Origin: an uncultured Christensenella sp.
GTDB lineage: Bacteria; Bacillota; Clostridia; Christensenellales; UBA1242
Direction: 5' to 3'
NCBI GenBank assembly: GCA_964579205.1
Contig: CAZOFH010000002.1
Span: forward strand, 21,108-85,107
DNA: 64,000 nt
Below are positions 1-8,450 of the stretch, in pieces; the stretch's first letter is position 1, and the number at the start of each line of letters is the position of its first letter. Under the pieces are notes generated by a model, which searched no databases, was not told the origin of the DNA, and worked only from the letters and a program-made list of their open reading frames with translations. Position numbers and translations under genes: made by a program.

Positions 1-1
1 C

Positions 2-1045
2 ATAGGGCAGGACGCCGCAAAACGCGTGATGTCGGTCGCCGTGTACAATCATTACAAGCGCCTGAGGTACAACTTGAGCAAAAAACAAAAGCCCGTCGTG
101 CTGGATAAAAGCAATATTTTGCTCATCGGTCCTACAGGGGTGGGCAAGACCCTGATAGCCAAGACGCTAGCCAATATCCTGCGGGTGCCTTTTGCCTGTG
201 TCGATGCGACAAGCCTTACAGAAGCGGGGTATGTGGGCGACGATGTCGAGAGCGTGCTCACAAAACTCCTCATCAATGCCGACTATGATGTGCGCCGCGC
301 CGAAATGGGCATAATTTACATTGACGAAATCGACAAAATCGCCCGCCGTGTGGATGCACGCAATATGACGCGTGATGTTTCGGGTGAGGGAGTACAGCAA
401 TCTTTGCTAAAAATCCTAGAGGGAGCGACGGTAGAGGTGAGTGTCAACACGGGCAAAAAGGGCACGCACCAAGAGACGGTCACTATGAATACCGATAACA
501 TCCTGTTTGTGTGCGGCGGCGCATTCGTAAAACTAGATAACATCATCCTAGACCGCCAAAAGAAGAAAAAACTAGGCTTTGTGAGCGAGCCAGTAAATGC
601 CGATTTGTGTGACAAAGTCTGCGTGGAGGATTTGGTGCAATTTGGGCTGATACCCGAGTTTGTGGGCAGGCTACCGATAGTGATTGCGCTGCAAAAATTG
701 GACAAATCAGGACTCATCGACATCCTCACTGTGCCCAAGAATAACCTCGTCGACCAGTACAAGACCTTTTTTAGGCTGGACGGCATCGAACTAGAGTTTA
801 GCCCAGCCGCTCTCGATAATATCGCAGACCGCGCACTCAGCCTAGGTATTGGGGCGAGAGGGCTGAGAAGTGTGATTGAGCAGACGATGCTCGACACGAT
901 GTTCGCTAGCCCTAGCGAGGACGGATTGCAAAAGGTCACTATCGACGGTGATTGCGTGACAAAGGGCGCCGACCCTCAGTACGAGTACAAAACAAATGCC
1001 CAAAAGTGTGCCAAACGGCAGAAAAATTGCCTCAAAAATCATTGA
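2..1045 (+). CDS. clpX: ATP-dependent protease ATP-binding subunit ClpX, 5' end cut by window edge
   Basis: Frame is open from nt 2 (IGQDAAKRVMSVAVYNHYKRL). Walker A LLIGPTGVGKTLIAKTLA, ClpX-typical ATSLTEAGYVGDDVES, Walker B IIYIDEIDKI, GLIPEFVGRLP, GARGLRSV. Confidence 0.93.
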   Translation: MGQDAAKRVMSVAVYNHYKRLRYNLSKKQKPVVLDKSNILLIGPTGVGKTLIAKTLANILRVPFACVDATSLTEAGYVGDDVESVLTKLLINADYDVRRAEMGIIYIDEIDKIARRVDARNMTRDVSGEGVQQSLLKILEGATVEVSVNTGKKGTHQETVTMNTDNILFVCGGAFVKLDNIILDRQKKKKLGFVSEPVNADLCDKVCVEDLVQFGLIPEFVGRLPIVIALQKLDKSGLIDILTVPKNNLVDQYKTFFRLDGIELEFSPAALDNIADRALSLGIGARGLRSVIEQTMLDTMFASPSEDGLQKVTIDGDCVTKGADPQYEYKTNAQKCAKRQKNCLKNH

Positions 1046-1071
1046 CATCCGCAGCAATTTTGTGCTAAAAT
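1042..1071 (+). promoter_or_regulatory. sigma-A-type promoter of paralog A (TTGACA-18-TGcTAAAAT)
   Basis: TTGACA at 1042-1047 (overlaps the clpX stop), extended -10 TGCTAAAAT ending at 1071, SD AAAGGAGG before ATG 1098. Confidence 0.6.
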
Positions 1072-1097
1072 GTGCCAAATGATAAAGGAGGCTGTTT

Positions 1098-1994
1098 ATG
1101 GCTAAAATCAGTAATGCAGGACAAAAAGGCGGTACCCCTGATAGCGATAGAGATTGGAGTGATCAGATTACTCTGTGCGACGGGGAGGGTGCACGCCCTA
1201 CTGCAGCAGTACTCGCTGCAGAGCAGGCGTTCGTCGCCAAAAAGATGAATTTGCGCAGGCAGAATATTATCGAGGGGCGCGATTCAATGGAGTGCGTCAT
1301 TACCGACGAAACGGTGGAGAACCTATATTCTTTGGGCGAAATCGGGTGGAAAGACGCTATTAGGCTAGACCATTTTGCTGCATTGAGCACCGAGGACAAA
1401 GAGAGCCTCTTGGTTCATTATTACGAAAAGACGGATGAATATCTCAGGCATTATGAGAATGCAAACAAACTGCTAGCGAGCAATCTCGCCCTTTTTGATC
1501 AGGCGAATAGTCTGGCAGTGACCGCGCTCAGCCACGCGCGCACAATGTCGATGACTGCTACCGAGGTAGACCGCCTCACTCCTGACGCACTCAGCGCCAT
1601 TTTGACCGAAAATTATCGTGATAATAATGCAAAATTCCGCTCAAATCTAGGGATAATAAAGGATTTTGTCAAGCCAAATGACGGCTTTAGTTTGGGTTTG
1701 ACTATGATTGAGGCACTCCGTAAGTATAGCGCGGGCAAGGTGGCGACCTTTTCGCAATACTCAGATTTTTGCGAGTTGATTGTTTTCGGCGAAATGGGTA
1801 GGCTGTATAGAGATGCGCTCACTTCGATGCGCTATGGCAGTTTGCCACGCGCCGCTATCAAGAGGGCAAAAGAGTGCGACGATGTCTACACCTCGCGTAT
1901 GCACGAAGTGGTGGCTGATGCTGTATCTTGCCTCAATGAGTCGGACTTGGTCATCCTCGATGACGCCGAGACTGCTATGCAGCCGTCTGCCTAG
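1098..1994 (+). CDS. hypothetical protein, tandem paralog A (unrecognised family)
   Basis: 298-aa ORF with strong SD. Aligns full-length with the next two ORFs (FVAKKMNLRRQNI..RDSM, GEIGWKDAIRLDHFAAL, YGSLPRAAIKRAKEC, SDLVILDD...QPSA). Confidence 0.85.
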   Translation: MAKISNAGQKGGTPDSDRDWSDQITLCDGEGARPTAAVLAAEQAFVAKKMNLRRQNIIEGRDSMECVITDETVENLYSLGEIGWKDAIRLDHFAALSTEDKESLLVHYYEKTDEYLRHYENANKLLASNLALFDQANSLAVTALSHARTMSMTATEVDRLTPDALSAILTENYRDNNAKFRSNLGIIKDFVKPNDGFSLGLTMIEALRKYSAGKVATFSQYSDFCELIVFGEMGRLYRDALTSMRYGSLPRAAIKRAKECDDVYTSRMHEVVADAVSCLNESDLVILDDAETAMQPSA

Positions 1995-2065
1995 CCGTTG
2001 TCGAGATAACCTCGGGGCTACTACTCGAGACTAATAACTGATGTGTAATATTTGACAAAACAATT

Positions 2066-2096
2066 ACGCTCGTATTTTGGGGCGTTTTTGTTTTTG
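2066..2096 (+). terminator. intrinsic terminator after paralog A
   Basis: Stem ACGCTC/GGGGCGT (one G-U pair), 8-nt loop, then TTTTTGTTTTTG. Confidence 0.55.
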
Positions 2097-2136
2097 TTAA
2101 TCCTTGTATTTCGCGTGCCTAAAATATAGATAAGTA

Positions 2137-2165
2137 TTGACAAACCGCTCTCAGTGTGATAAAAT
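2137..2165 (+). promoter_or_regulatory. sigma-A-type promoter of paralog B (TTGACA-17-TGaTAAAAT)
   Basis: TTGACA 2137-2142, TAAAAT 2160-2165 with TG at 2157-2158. The -10 through SD region is nearly identical to that of paralog A. Confidence 0.65.
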
Positions 2166-2191
2166 GTGCCAAATTATCGAGGAGGGCTGTA

Positions 2192-3034
2192 ATGGCTGAT
2201 TTGAGAGAAAAAGAGCAGGGCGGCACAGGGCTAGAGGAGTACTTTGCTCCAGTACTAGAGCGCAAGGAGGATTTTGTCGCGCAAAAGATTGCCTTGAGGC
2301 GCCAGAATATCCGCAATAATCGTGATGCGATGGACGGCGTGATTGATTGTGAGATTGCCAGAGATATGTATGACGAGGGTTTTATCAAATGGCGCGACGC
2401 GCTAGTAGTAGACCACTTCGCCACGCTAAATAGAGGGGTGCAGGATGAGTTGATAGATTTGTTTCGCCTCGAGATTGAGGATTTGTTTGCCGAGTACACC
2501 AATATCAACGACTGTATCGAGTTGGTGCTGTCAAACTTTGACTCATCGAATAACCTCGCTATCGACGCGCTAAAGCAGGCGCACACTGTACAGATGACCC
2601 CAAAAGAGGCAGCGCAATTTACTACGACTGAGTTGAATACCTTTTTGACTACCAATTACCGCGAAAACAAGGAGTTGGTTGCCGCGTTTTTGGACGAAAT
2701 GAGGATTTTCGTTAATCAAAACGACTACCTAAACATCTCTTCACTCGACGCTATGCGCAAGATGACTGCTAGAGAAATCGCCCAAAATTCGCTCATTTGC
2801 GACGCTTTTGAATATGTGGCTCGTGGTGAGGCGAGTGGGCAGTATATCGACAGTTGCTTCGCGATGAGCGAGAGCGGTTTGTCGCGCGATGTTATCCAGC
2901 ATATGCAGCAGTGCAAGGTTAGTTATGCCTGCCGTTTGCAAGATATGGCACAAGACATTTTGACCGACCGCTCACACTCTGATTTGGTCATTGTAGAGGA
3001 TGGCGCTGCGCTCTCTCAGGGTAAAACTGCATAA
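2192..3034 (+). CDS. hypothetical protein, tandem paralog B
   Basis: ORF-track start 2156 lies inside the -10 box. ATG 2192 follows SD GAGGAGGG. Shares FVAQKIALRRQNIRNNRDAM, IKWRDALVVDHFATL and SDLVIVED...GKTA with paralogs A and C. Confidence 0.85.
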   Translation: MADLREKEQGGTGLEEYFAPVLERKEDFVAQKIALRRQNIRNNRDAMDGVIDCEIARDMYDEGFIKWRDALVVDHFATLNRGVQDELIDLFRLEIEDLFAEYTNINDCIELVLSNFDSSNNLAIDALKQAHTVQMTPKEAAQFTTTELNTFLTTNYRENKELVAAFLDEMRIFVNQNDYLNISSLDAMRKMTAREIAQNSLICDAFEYVARGEASGQYIDSCFAMSESGLSRDVIQHMQQCKVSYACRLQDMAQDILTDRSHSDLVIVEDGAALSQGKTA

Positions 3035-3050
3035 AATAATTTTTGACAAA

Positions 3051-3092
3051 ACAGCGAGCAATTCTATTCATAGAGTCGCCCGCTGTTTTTTG
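3051..3092 (+). terminator. probable intrinsic terminator after paralog B
   Basis: ACAGCG...CGCTGT outer stem with an imperfect inner stem and large loop, followed by TTTTTTGTTTTTG. Confidence 0.45.
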
Positions 3093-3115
3093 TTTTTGTA
3101 GAATAAATTTTGGTA

Positions 3116-3144
3116 TTGACATTTGGCTGCGCGTGTGCTACAAT
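3116..3144 (+). promoter_or_regulatory. sigma-A-type promoter of paralog C (TTGACA-17-TGcTACAAT)
   Basis: TTGACA 3116-3121, TACAAT 3139-3144 with TG at 3136-3137. Confidence 0.65.
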
Positions 3145-3172
3145 TTGGAGCAATTTCATCGAGGAGACTATT

Positions 3173-4063
3173 ATGGAAAAATTGAGAGATGAAGAATTTA
3201 TTATCAATGAGCCAGTACAGCACTTGCAGACCAATCTGCTGTCTGCTGTAGTTATGGAGTTGGGGAGCAAGGACAAGTTTTTTGGTTTGATGCAGCAAGA
3301 GCAGGCTTTTATTACAAAAAAAATGGCGCAGAGGCGTCAGAATATCCGTGTCAACCGTGATGCGATGGCTGGTGTTCTCGACAATGCCACCGTGCAGGGG
3401 TTGTACGATATGGGCGAGATTGGGTGGAGTCAGGCGATTACTCTTGACCACTTTACCACACTTTGCCGCGAGGACCAAGAGGAAATTATCGGGCTAATAG
3501 ATCACGACATTGACAAGTTGTTGGACAAGTATCAGGAGACGAATGCCTGTATGGCGATGATGATGGCTACCTTTGATTCGGCGAATATTATGGCAGTCAC
3601 CGCTTTGCAAAATGCTCAGACTATGGCTCTGCCAAAGTCAAAGGTGGCTACCCTATCGAGGGACGAATTGGACGATGTGCTGGTGAATAATTATATCGAG
3701 CATAAGCAAAAATTCGACAAATGCTTTACCTCAATGGAGACCCTGATTCGCGGTGAAGATTGCGCAATATACGCTGCCAACGACTTGCGCAAGCGCACCG
3801 CTCGCGAACTGGTGACTACAGCCCACTATGTCGATATGTGCTGTATGATTACCCACGGCACGGCGTGCAATCACGTCCGCAGTATTATGGGTATGGTCAA
3901 GTATGGCAGTCTGCCTCGCGACACTATCAACCACATTGCCGAGTGCAAACTCAAGTACGATATGCGCCTATTCGACGATGTAATGGAGATATCTAGCGGG
4001 CGCGGGCGCTCTGACTTGATTGTCATAGATGACACCGAACGCGAAATGCAAAAATCTGCCTAA
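3173..4063 (+). CDS. hypothetical protein, tandem paralog C
   Basis: ORF-track start 3110 runs through the promoter. ATG 3173 follows SD GAGGAG. Shares FITKKMAQRRQNIRVNRDAM, GEIGWSQAITLDHFTTL, YGSLPRDTINHIAEC and SDLIVIDD...QKSA. Confidence 0.85.
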   Translation: MEKLRDEEFIINEPVQHLQTNLLSAVVMELGSKDKFFGLMQQEQAFITKKMAQRRQNIRVNRDAMAGVLDNATVQGLYDMGEIGWSQAITLDHFTTLCREDQEEIIGLIDHDIDKLLDKYQETNACMAMMMATFDSANIMAVTALQNAQTMALPKSKVATLSRDELDDVLVNNYIEHKQKFDKCFTSMETLIRGEDCAIYAANDLRKRTARELVTTAHYVDMCCMITHGTACNHVRSIMGMVKYGSLPRDTINHIAECKLKYDMRLFDDVMEISSGRGRSDLIVIDDTEREMQKSA

Positions 4064-4170
4064 TCGCGATGATTTTCGGCACCTTTGTAGTAAAAATGTA
4101 AACTTATCAAAAAAATGTATACCAAAAAATGTAATCAAAAAAGAATTTAATCAAAAAAATGTAAACCAAG

Positions 4171-4196
4171 ACGCTACTTTCGGGTGGCGTTTTTTG
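4171..4196. terminator. intrinsic terminator, possibly bidirectional (paralog C / uppP)
   Basis: 7-bp stem ACGCTAC/GTGGCGT, 6-nt loop, TTTTTG on + strand. Lies between convergent genes. Confidence 0.6.
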
Positions 4197-4276
4197 TTTG
4201 GGGGAATAGGGTAGGCGAGCCTTACTCAATCCGTCCCATTGCGCGAGATATGGTGGTCGGGTGGCAAAGGGGGGGG

Positions 4277-5044
4277 TTATGCGAATATAATCGTCAGCAC
4301 ACCGATGACTATTAGGTACGGCACAAAATAGATGAGGTTGATTTTTTTGACGATTTTTTTCATAATCACTAGCCCGAGGAGTGCGGAGAGAAATGCGGTA
4401 ATAGTAGAGCAAATCACGCCCCAAATGTCGATATTTTCAAAAGCGGTGGAAAAATCGCAAAAAATCAACTGATACACTAGGCTAGCGAGGATAATTGGGA
4501 TGCTCATCAAAAAACTAAAATCCAGCGCAGTTTGGCGTTCAGCCCCCGCGACTAGACCAAATGATAGCGTAGTGCCGCTCCTGCTGAGCCCGGGGAAAAT
4601 CGCCAGCGCCTGACTGATGCCCATAATGGTCACATTGCGGTAGTTGAGCGGCTGCGGATTGCGATTTTTGTTTGTGCAGTACACCGCCAGCCCCAAAAAC
4701 AGCGCCGATATCAAAAAGCCGACCCCCACGAATACCAGATTATCAAAAGTTGTGTCAATAAAACTACCCAATAGCAGCACAAAAATCACCGCAGGTATGG
4801 TGGCGACGACTAGATATTTGTTCATCCGACATAGTGGGTGCGTAATGAGGTATAGGAGAGTCTTTCTGTAATATATGATGACCGCCAGCAGGGTGGCGCA
4901 ATGCAGCAGCACATTGAGAAAAACGAGGTCGCACGAAATGCCAAAGAATTTTTCTACCAGCACTAGATGCCCGCTCGACGAAATCGGCAAAAATTCCGTG
5001 ATGCCTTGCACCAGCCCCAAAAATATCAATACAAGTATGTCCAT
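4277..5044 (-). CDS. uppP: undecaprenyl-diphosphate phosphatase (BacA/UppP)
   Basis: 255-aa polytopic membrane protein with GITEFLPISSSGHL and SRSGTT motifs typical of UppP. Confidence 0.92.
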   Translation of the reverse strand: MDILVLIFLGLVQGITEFLPISSSGHLVLVEKFFGISCDLVFLNVLLHCATLLAVIIYYRKTLLYLITHPLCRMNKYLVVATIPAVIFVLLLGSFIDTTFDNLVFVGVGFLISALFLGLAVYCTNKNRNPQPLNYRNVTIMGISQALAIFPGLSRSGTTLSFGLVAGAERQTALDFSFLMSIPIILASLVYQLIFCDFSTAFENIDIWGVICSTITAFLSALLGLVIMKKIVKKINLIYFVPYLIVIGVLTIIFA

Positions 5045-5201
5045 TTTGTCCCTTTTTACCTCATTTTTTGATTATTATATACCTTTTGCGCATCAAAAAT
5101 ACTAGATTTTATTTTGACGGCTGAAAAAAGTTGATAAAAATTTTATTTTTTGTTATACTTTGAATGTGAGAAAAACTCGATGAATTTTGACAGGAGGAAT
5201 T

Positions 5202-6089
5202 ATGGCTTTTAGATCAGGTTTTGTCGCCGTAGTCGGCAAGCCCAACGTGGGCAAATCTACGCTCATCAATGCCCTCATCGGCAAAAAAGTGAGTATCGTC
5301 AGCCCCAAGGCGCAGACTACGAGGAATAAGATAATGGGGGTGTGGAATACGCCTAACGAACAGGTGATTTTTATCGACACCCCGGGCATCCACAAGGCAA
5401 AAAACAACCTCGACAAATATATGCAGGACGCGATTTCGTCGGCTACTGCCGATGTCGATTTGCTGCTGTATGTGATGGACGGGAGCAAGGATTTTGCCGA
5501 GGATGATATCAGGAATTTAAAGGGCTACTGCGGGCAAGAATATCCTGTGTTTGTAGTGGTCAACAAGGTCGATTTGGGCGATTACGTTAGTATTTATCCG
5601 CGGCTAGCAAAACTAAACGAAATCGCTGGGATTACCGAGATTTTTGGCGTTTCTGCACTAAAAGAAAAAAATCTCGACGACCTAAAGAGCGCGATTTTGA
5701 GTAAACTTTCCGACGATATAAAGTACTTTCCAGATGACGAGTTTACCGACAAGAGTCTAGAATTTCGCGTGGCTGAGACTATAAGAGAAAAGATGCTGTG
5801 GGCGCTGAGCGATGAGGTGCCGCACGGTGTCGGGGTGGTGGTCGAGCGGATTGACACCACGACCCCTAGTATCAAAATTAATGCGACGATATATTGCGAG
5901 CGCGAGTCGCACAAGAATATTATTGTTGGGGCAAAAGGTGCTGGGATAAAAGAACTCGGCACAAAATCTAGGCTCGCGATAGAAAAAATGCTAGGCAAAC
6001 CTGTTTATCTTGATTTGTTTGTCAAAGTGAAACAAAATTGGCGCAATCGTGTCAATTTGGATGAGTTTGGCTACGGGCAAGACGGCTAA
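5202..6089 (+). CDS. era: GTPase Era
   Basis: G1 GKPNVGKST, G3 DTPG, G4 NKVD, C-terminal KH domain. AGGAGG SD sits just upstream of ATG 5202, so the ORF-track start 5187 would place the SD inside the ORF. Confidence 0.93.
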   Translation: MAFRSGFVAVVGKPNVGKSTLINALIGKKVSIVSPKAQTTRNKIMGVWNTPNEQVIFIDTPGIHKAKNNLDKYMQDAISSATADVDLLLYVMDGSKDFAEDDIRNLKGYCGQEYPVFVVVNKVDLGDYVSIYPRLAKLNEIAGITEIFGVSALKEKNLDDLKSAILSKLSDDIKYFPDDEFTDKSLEFRVAETIREKMLWALSDEVPHGVGVVVERIDTTTPSIKINATIYCERESHKNIIVGAKGAGIKELGTKSRLAIEKMLGKPVYLDLFVKVKQNWRNRVNLDEFGYGQDG

Positions 6090-6141
6090 TTTGGGTAATA
6101 ATTATCCCTCGAGGTGTATACAATAACGCCTAGAGGTGATT

Positions 6142-6312
6142 ATGAGCAAAAAGAATAAAAAGATGGACGGTGAAAATATGGATATCAGAGATTTGGCGTG
6201 GAAGAATTTTATGGAGACGGGCGAAATCGGGGCGTATATGTTTTACAAAAAATTAAGTGAGGATGACAATGCGAGAATTGATAACGCAGGGGATTGTGCT
6301 AAAGGCGATTGA
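6142..6312 (+). CDS. YqzL-family small protein (56 aa, below the ORF-track cutoff)
   Basis: ATG 6142 after GAGGTG. Peptide MSKKNKKMDGENMDIRDLAWKNFMETGEIGAYMFYKKLSEDD... has the W..F..TG.I..Y...K pattern of YqzL. It sits in the conserved era-yqzL-recO position and its 3' end overlaps the recO start. Confidence 0.6.
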   Translation: MSKKNKKMDGENMDIRDLAWKNFMETGEIGAYMFYKKLSEDDNARIDNAGDCAKGD

Positions 6313-7003
6313 TTATGGCGAAAAAGACAAAATAATCAGCATTTTCACTGCAGAAAAGGGGCGAGTGAGTGCCATTCTCAAAGGGGTGCGGAGAGTCACC
6401 TCCCGTCTGAAATACGCGAGCCAGCCTTTTTGTTATGCCAATTTTTCGCTGTCGGGGCGTACCGAATTGCTGACCGTTACCGATGTCAGCGAAATAACCA
6501 ACTTTTTTGACATTACGCAGAGTTATGCAAAGATGATTTGCGGAAGTGCGATGCTCGAAATGGTGGACAATGCCGTCGCTCTCGACGAGCCTGATCCTAT
6601 ACTTTTTGAGGCGCTGCGCCGCGCTCTAGGGCTGCTATCCGATACCGATATTAGCCCCGATTTGGTGCTGATGCGCTTTGCAATCGGGCTATTCAAGGTG
6701 TCGGGGTACGCGATGAACCTCAAGACCTGTCACGTGTGTGGCAAGCCTCTCAATCAAGACAAAGTCGTCTTTGACCTAGATGCGGGGCAGTTTTGCTGCT
6801 ACAAATGCCCTGTGCCCAAATACATAACCGTTTCGCCACGCGCGATGGAAATTATCCAAAAAATCGCCCGAATGCCACTATCCGAACTAGAGGATATCTT
6901 TGTAATGGAGGAGGAGGCGACCGAGTTTCGCAAAATCGTCCGCGCCAACTTTGATTTGCGTTTTGGCGTAAAGTTGCGTAGTCTAGACCACTCTTTATCA
7001 TAA
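6257..7003 (+). CDS. recO: DNA repair protein RecO
   Basis: N-terminal OB-fold region GIVLKAIDYGEKDKIISIFT, Cys4 motif CHVCG...CYKCP. True start may be ATG 6263 or 6269. Confidence 0.9.
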   Translation: MRMTMRELITQGIVLKAIDYGEKDKIISIFTAEKGRVSAILKGVRRVTSRLKYASQPFCYANFSLSGRTELLTVTDVSEITNFFDITQSYAKMICGSAMLEMVDNAVALDEPDPILFEALRRALGLLSDTDISPDLVLMRFAIGLFKVSGYAMNLKTCHVCGKPLNQDKVVFDLDAGQFCCYKCPVPKYITVSPRAMEIIQKIARMPLSELEDIFVMEEEATEFRKIVRANFDLRFGVKLRSLDHSLS

Positions 7004-7198
7004 TAGGGTATGGTGCTCAATTTTTTACCTGTCCTTTGCCTATAATATGCTACAATCCAGTGCATTTTCTTTTTGGGGTATTACTGCCTCAAAAATCTCA
7101 AATTTTTGTTTCGGCTCGGCAATGGGGCGGCTGATTTTTGTGGGTACTTTGGATAGTGAAATGCACCTTTCAGTAGGGCAAAAGCAACAAAAAAAGGA

Positions 7199-8293
7199 CT
7201 AGTCATAGCCCATTTTTGCGGTAGGGGTCTCCGCATTTTTGCGGTATTTTAGGATGATAGCCATTATGCGCTGCAGGCTGTCCGTCGGGGTGGCGAATTT
7301 GTTCGCCGCGCGTATAGCAGGAGCCGTTTTGATGAGTTTTGCGAATAGTTCTATCAGTTTTTCGTCACTCATCTCGGGCTCGAGCATAGTAATAGCGTAT
7401 CCCTTTTTCTCAAAATAAAGGGCGTTTTGCTCTTGGTCACCGCGTGAACCTCGGTGCAGCGGGATGATGAGCATCGGTATGCCATAACTGAGTAACTCGT
7501 ACAGGGCGTTGCTGCCGCCGCGTGTGATAGCAAGGTCACAAATGCTCATAATGAGGGGGAGTTCGTCGCTAAATTCTAGCGGATGATAGCCGTCTTTTTT
7601 GATATTGGTCATCTTACCTTTGCCCGTCAGGTGGATGATTTGGTGCGTTTTGAGTAGGTAGTCGAGGTTTCGGCATACCGCGTCATTGATGCTTTGCGCG
7701 CCTTGACTGCCGCCTAACACTAGGCAAATAGGCTTGAGCGAGTTGACGTTTAGTTTTTGTCTCAAACGCTGCTTTTGCGCATCGGTAAAGTCTTTTTTGG
7801 CGAATGGCGACCCGACAAATACTCCGTTATTGAGAGTGTCGGCGGTTTCTCTAAAAGTGGTGCAAACGGCGCAACAATGTCTGCTGCCCAACTTGTTGGC
7901 TAGCCCCATAGTGTAGTCGCTCTCGTGGCAGATGATCGGGATATTTAGTTTTTTGCCCGCCTGAGTCACAGGGAGTGCGACATAGCCGCCTTTGCTAAAA
8001 ATTATGTCGGGCTTGAGGGATGCGAGCAGTTTTTTCGCCTCACGCTTGCCGCGATGCATTTTGAATGGAATCAGCAAATTTTGGGGACTAAGACTGCGTA
8101 AAAGTCGTACAGTGGTCACTGCATAGTATTGGATTTCGGGGTAGGCTGAGACGAATTTTTGCTCTAGCCCACTGTCGCTACCTATGTAGATTATTCGGTC
8201 AAAATGCTCCCGAAGATAGGGCACGAGAGCGAGATTGGGGATAATATGACCAGCAGTTCCGCCGCCAGTTAGGACGATAGTAGACATACGCAA
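7199..8293 (-). CDS. murG: UDP-GlcNAc:lipid I N-acetylglucosaminyltransferase MurG
   Basis: LTGGGTAGHIIPNLAL N-terminal G-loop, GGSQGAQSIN, C-terminal Rossmann half with EQNA. Confidence 0.92.
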   Translation of the reverse strand: MRMSTIVLTGGGTAGHIIPNLALVPYLREHFDRIIYIGSDSGLEQKFVSAYPEIQYYAVTTVRLLRSLSPQNLLIPFKMHRGKREAKKLLASLKPDIIFSKGGYVALPVTQAGKKLNIPIICHESDYTMGLANKLGSRHCCAVCTTFRETADTLNNGVFVGSPFAKKDFTDAQKQRLRQKLNVNSLKPICLVLGGSQGAQSINDAVCRNLDYLLKTHQIIHLTGKGKMTNIKKDGYHPLEFSDELPLIMSICDLAITRGGSNALYELLSYGIPMLIIPLHRGSRGDQEQNALYFEKKGYAITMLEPEMSDEKLIELFAKLIKTAPAIRAANKFATPTDSLQRIMAIILKYRKNAETPTAKMGYD

Positions 8294-8450
8294 AAATTCC
8301 TTTTTTTGATATCATTATGTGTGAAAATGCCTCAAAATATGCTTTTTTATGCGAAATTATCAAAAAAATTTTATAAAATTGTTAAAATTGGTTTTTTATT
8401 TTTGCGAATTTGTGTTAGAATAATGTTAAATTTTAAAAGGGAGATTTATT

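Noticed and set aside
2156-2191. Longer N-termini given by the ORF track (2156, 3110, 5187, 21137, 34447, 59534, 18945)
   Set aside because: Each extension runs through the gene's own -35/-10 boxes, its SD or an upstream terminator. Downstream ATGs with proper SD or homology-consistent N-termini were chosen instead.
4029-4214. 61-aa ORF with KNV repeats downstream of paralog C
   Set aside because: It is a translation of the AAAAATGTAWWC DNA repeats and of the terminator. It has no SD.
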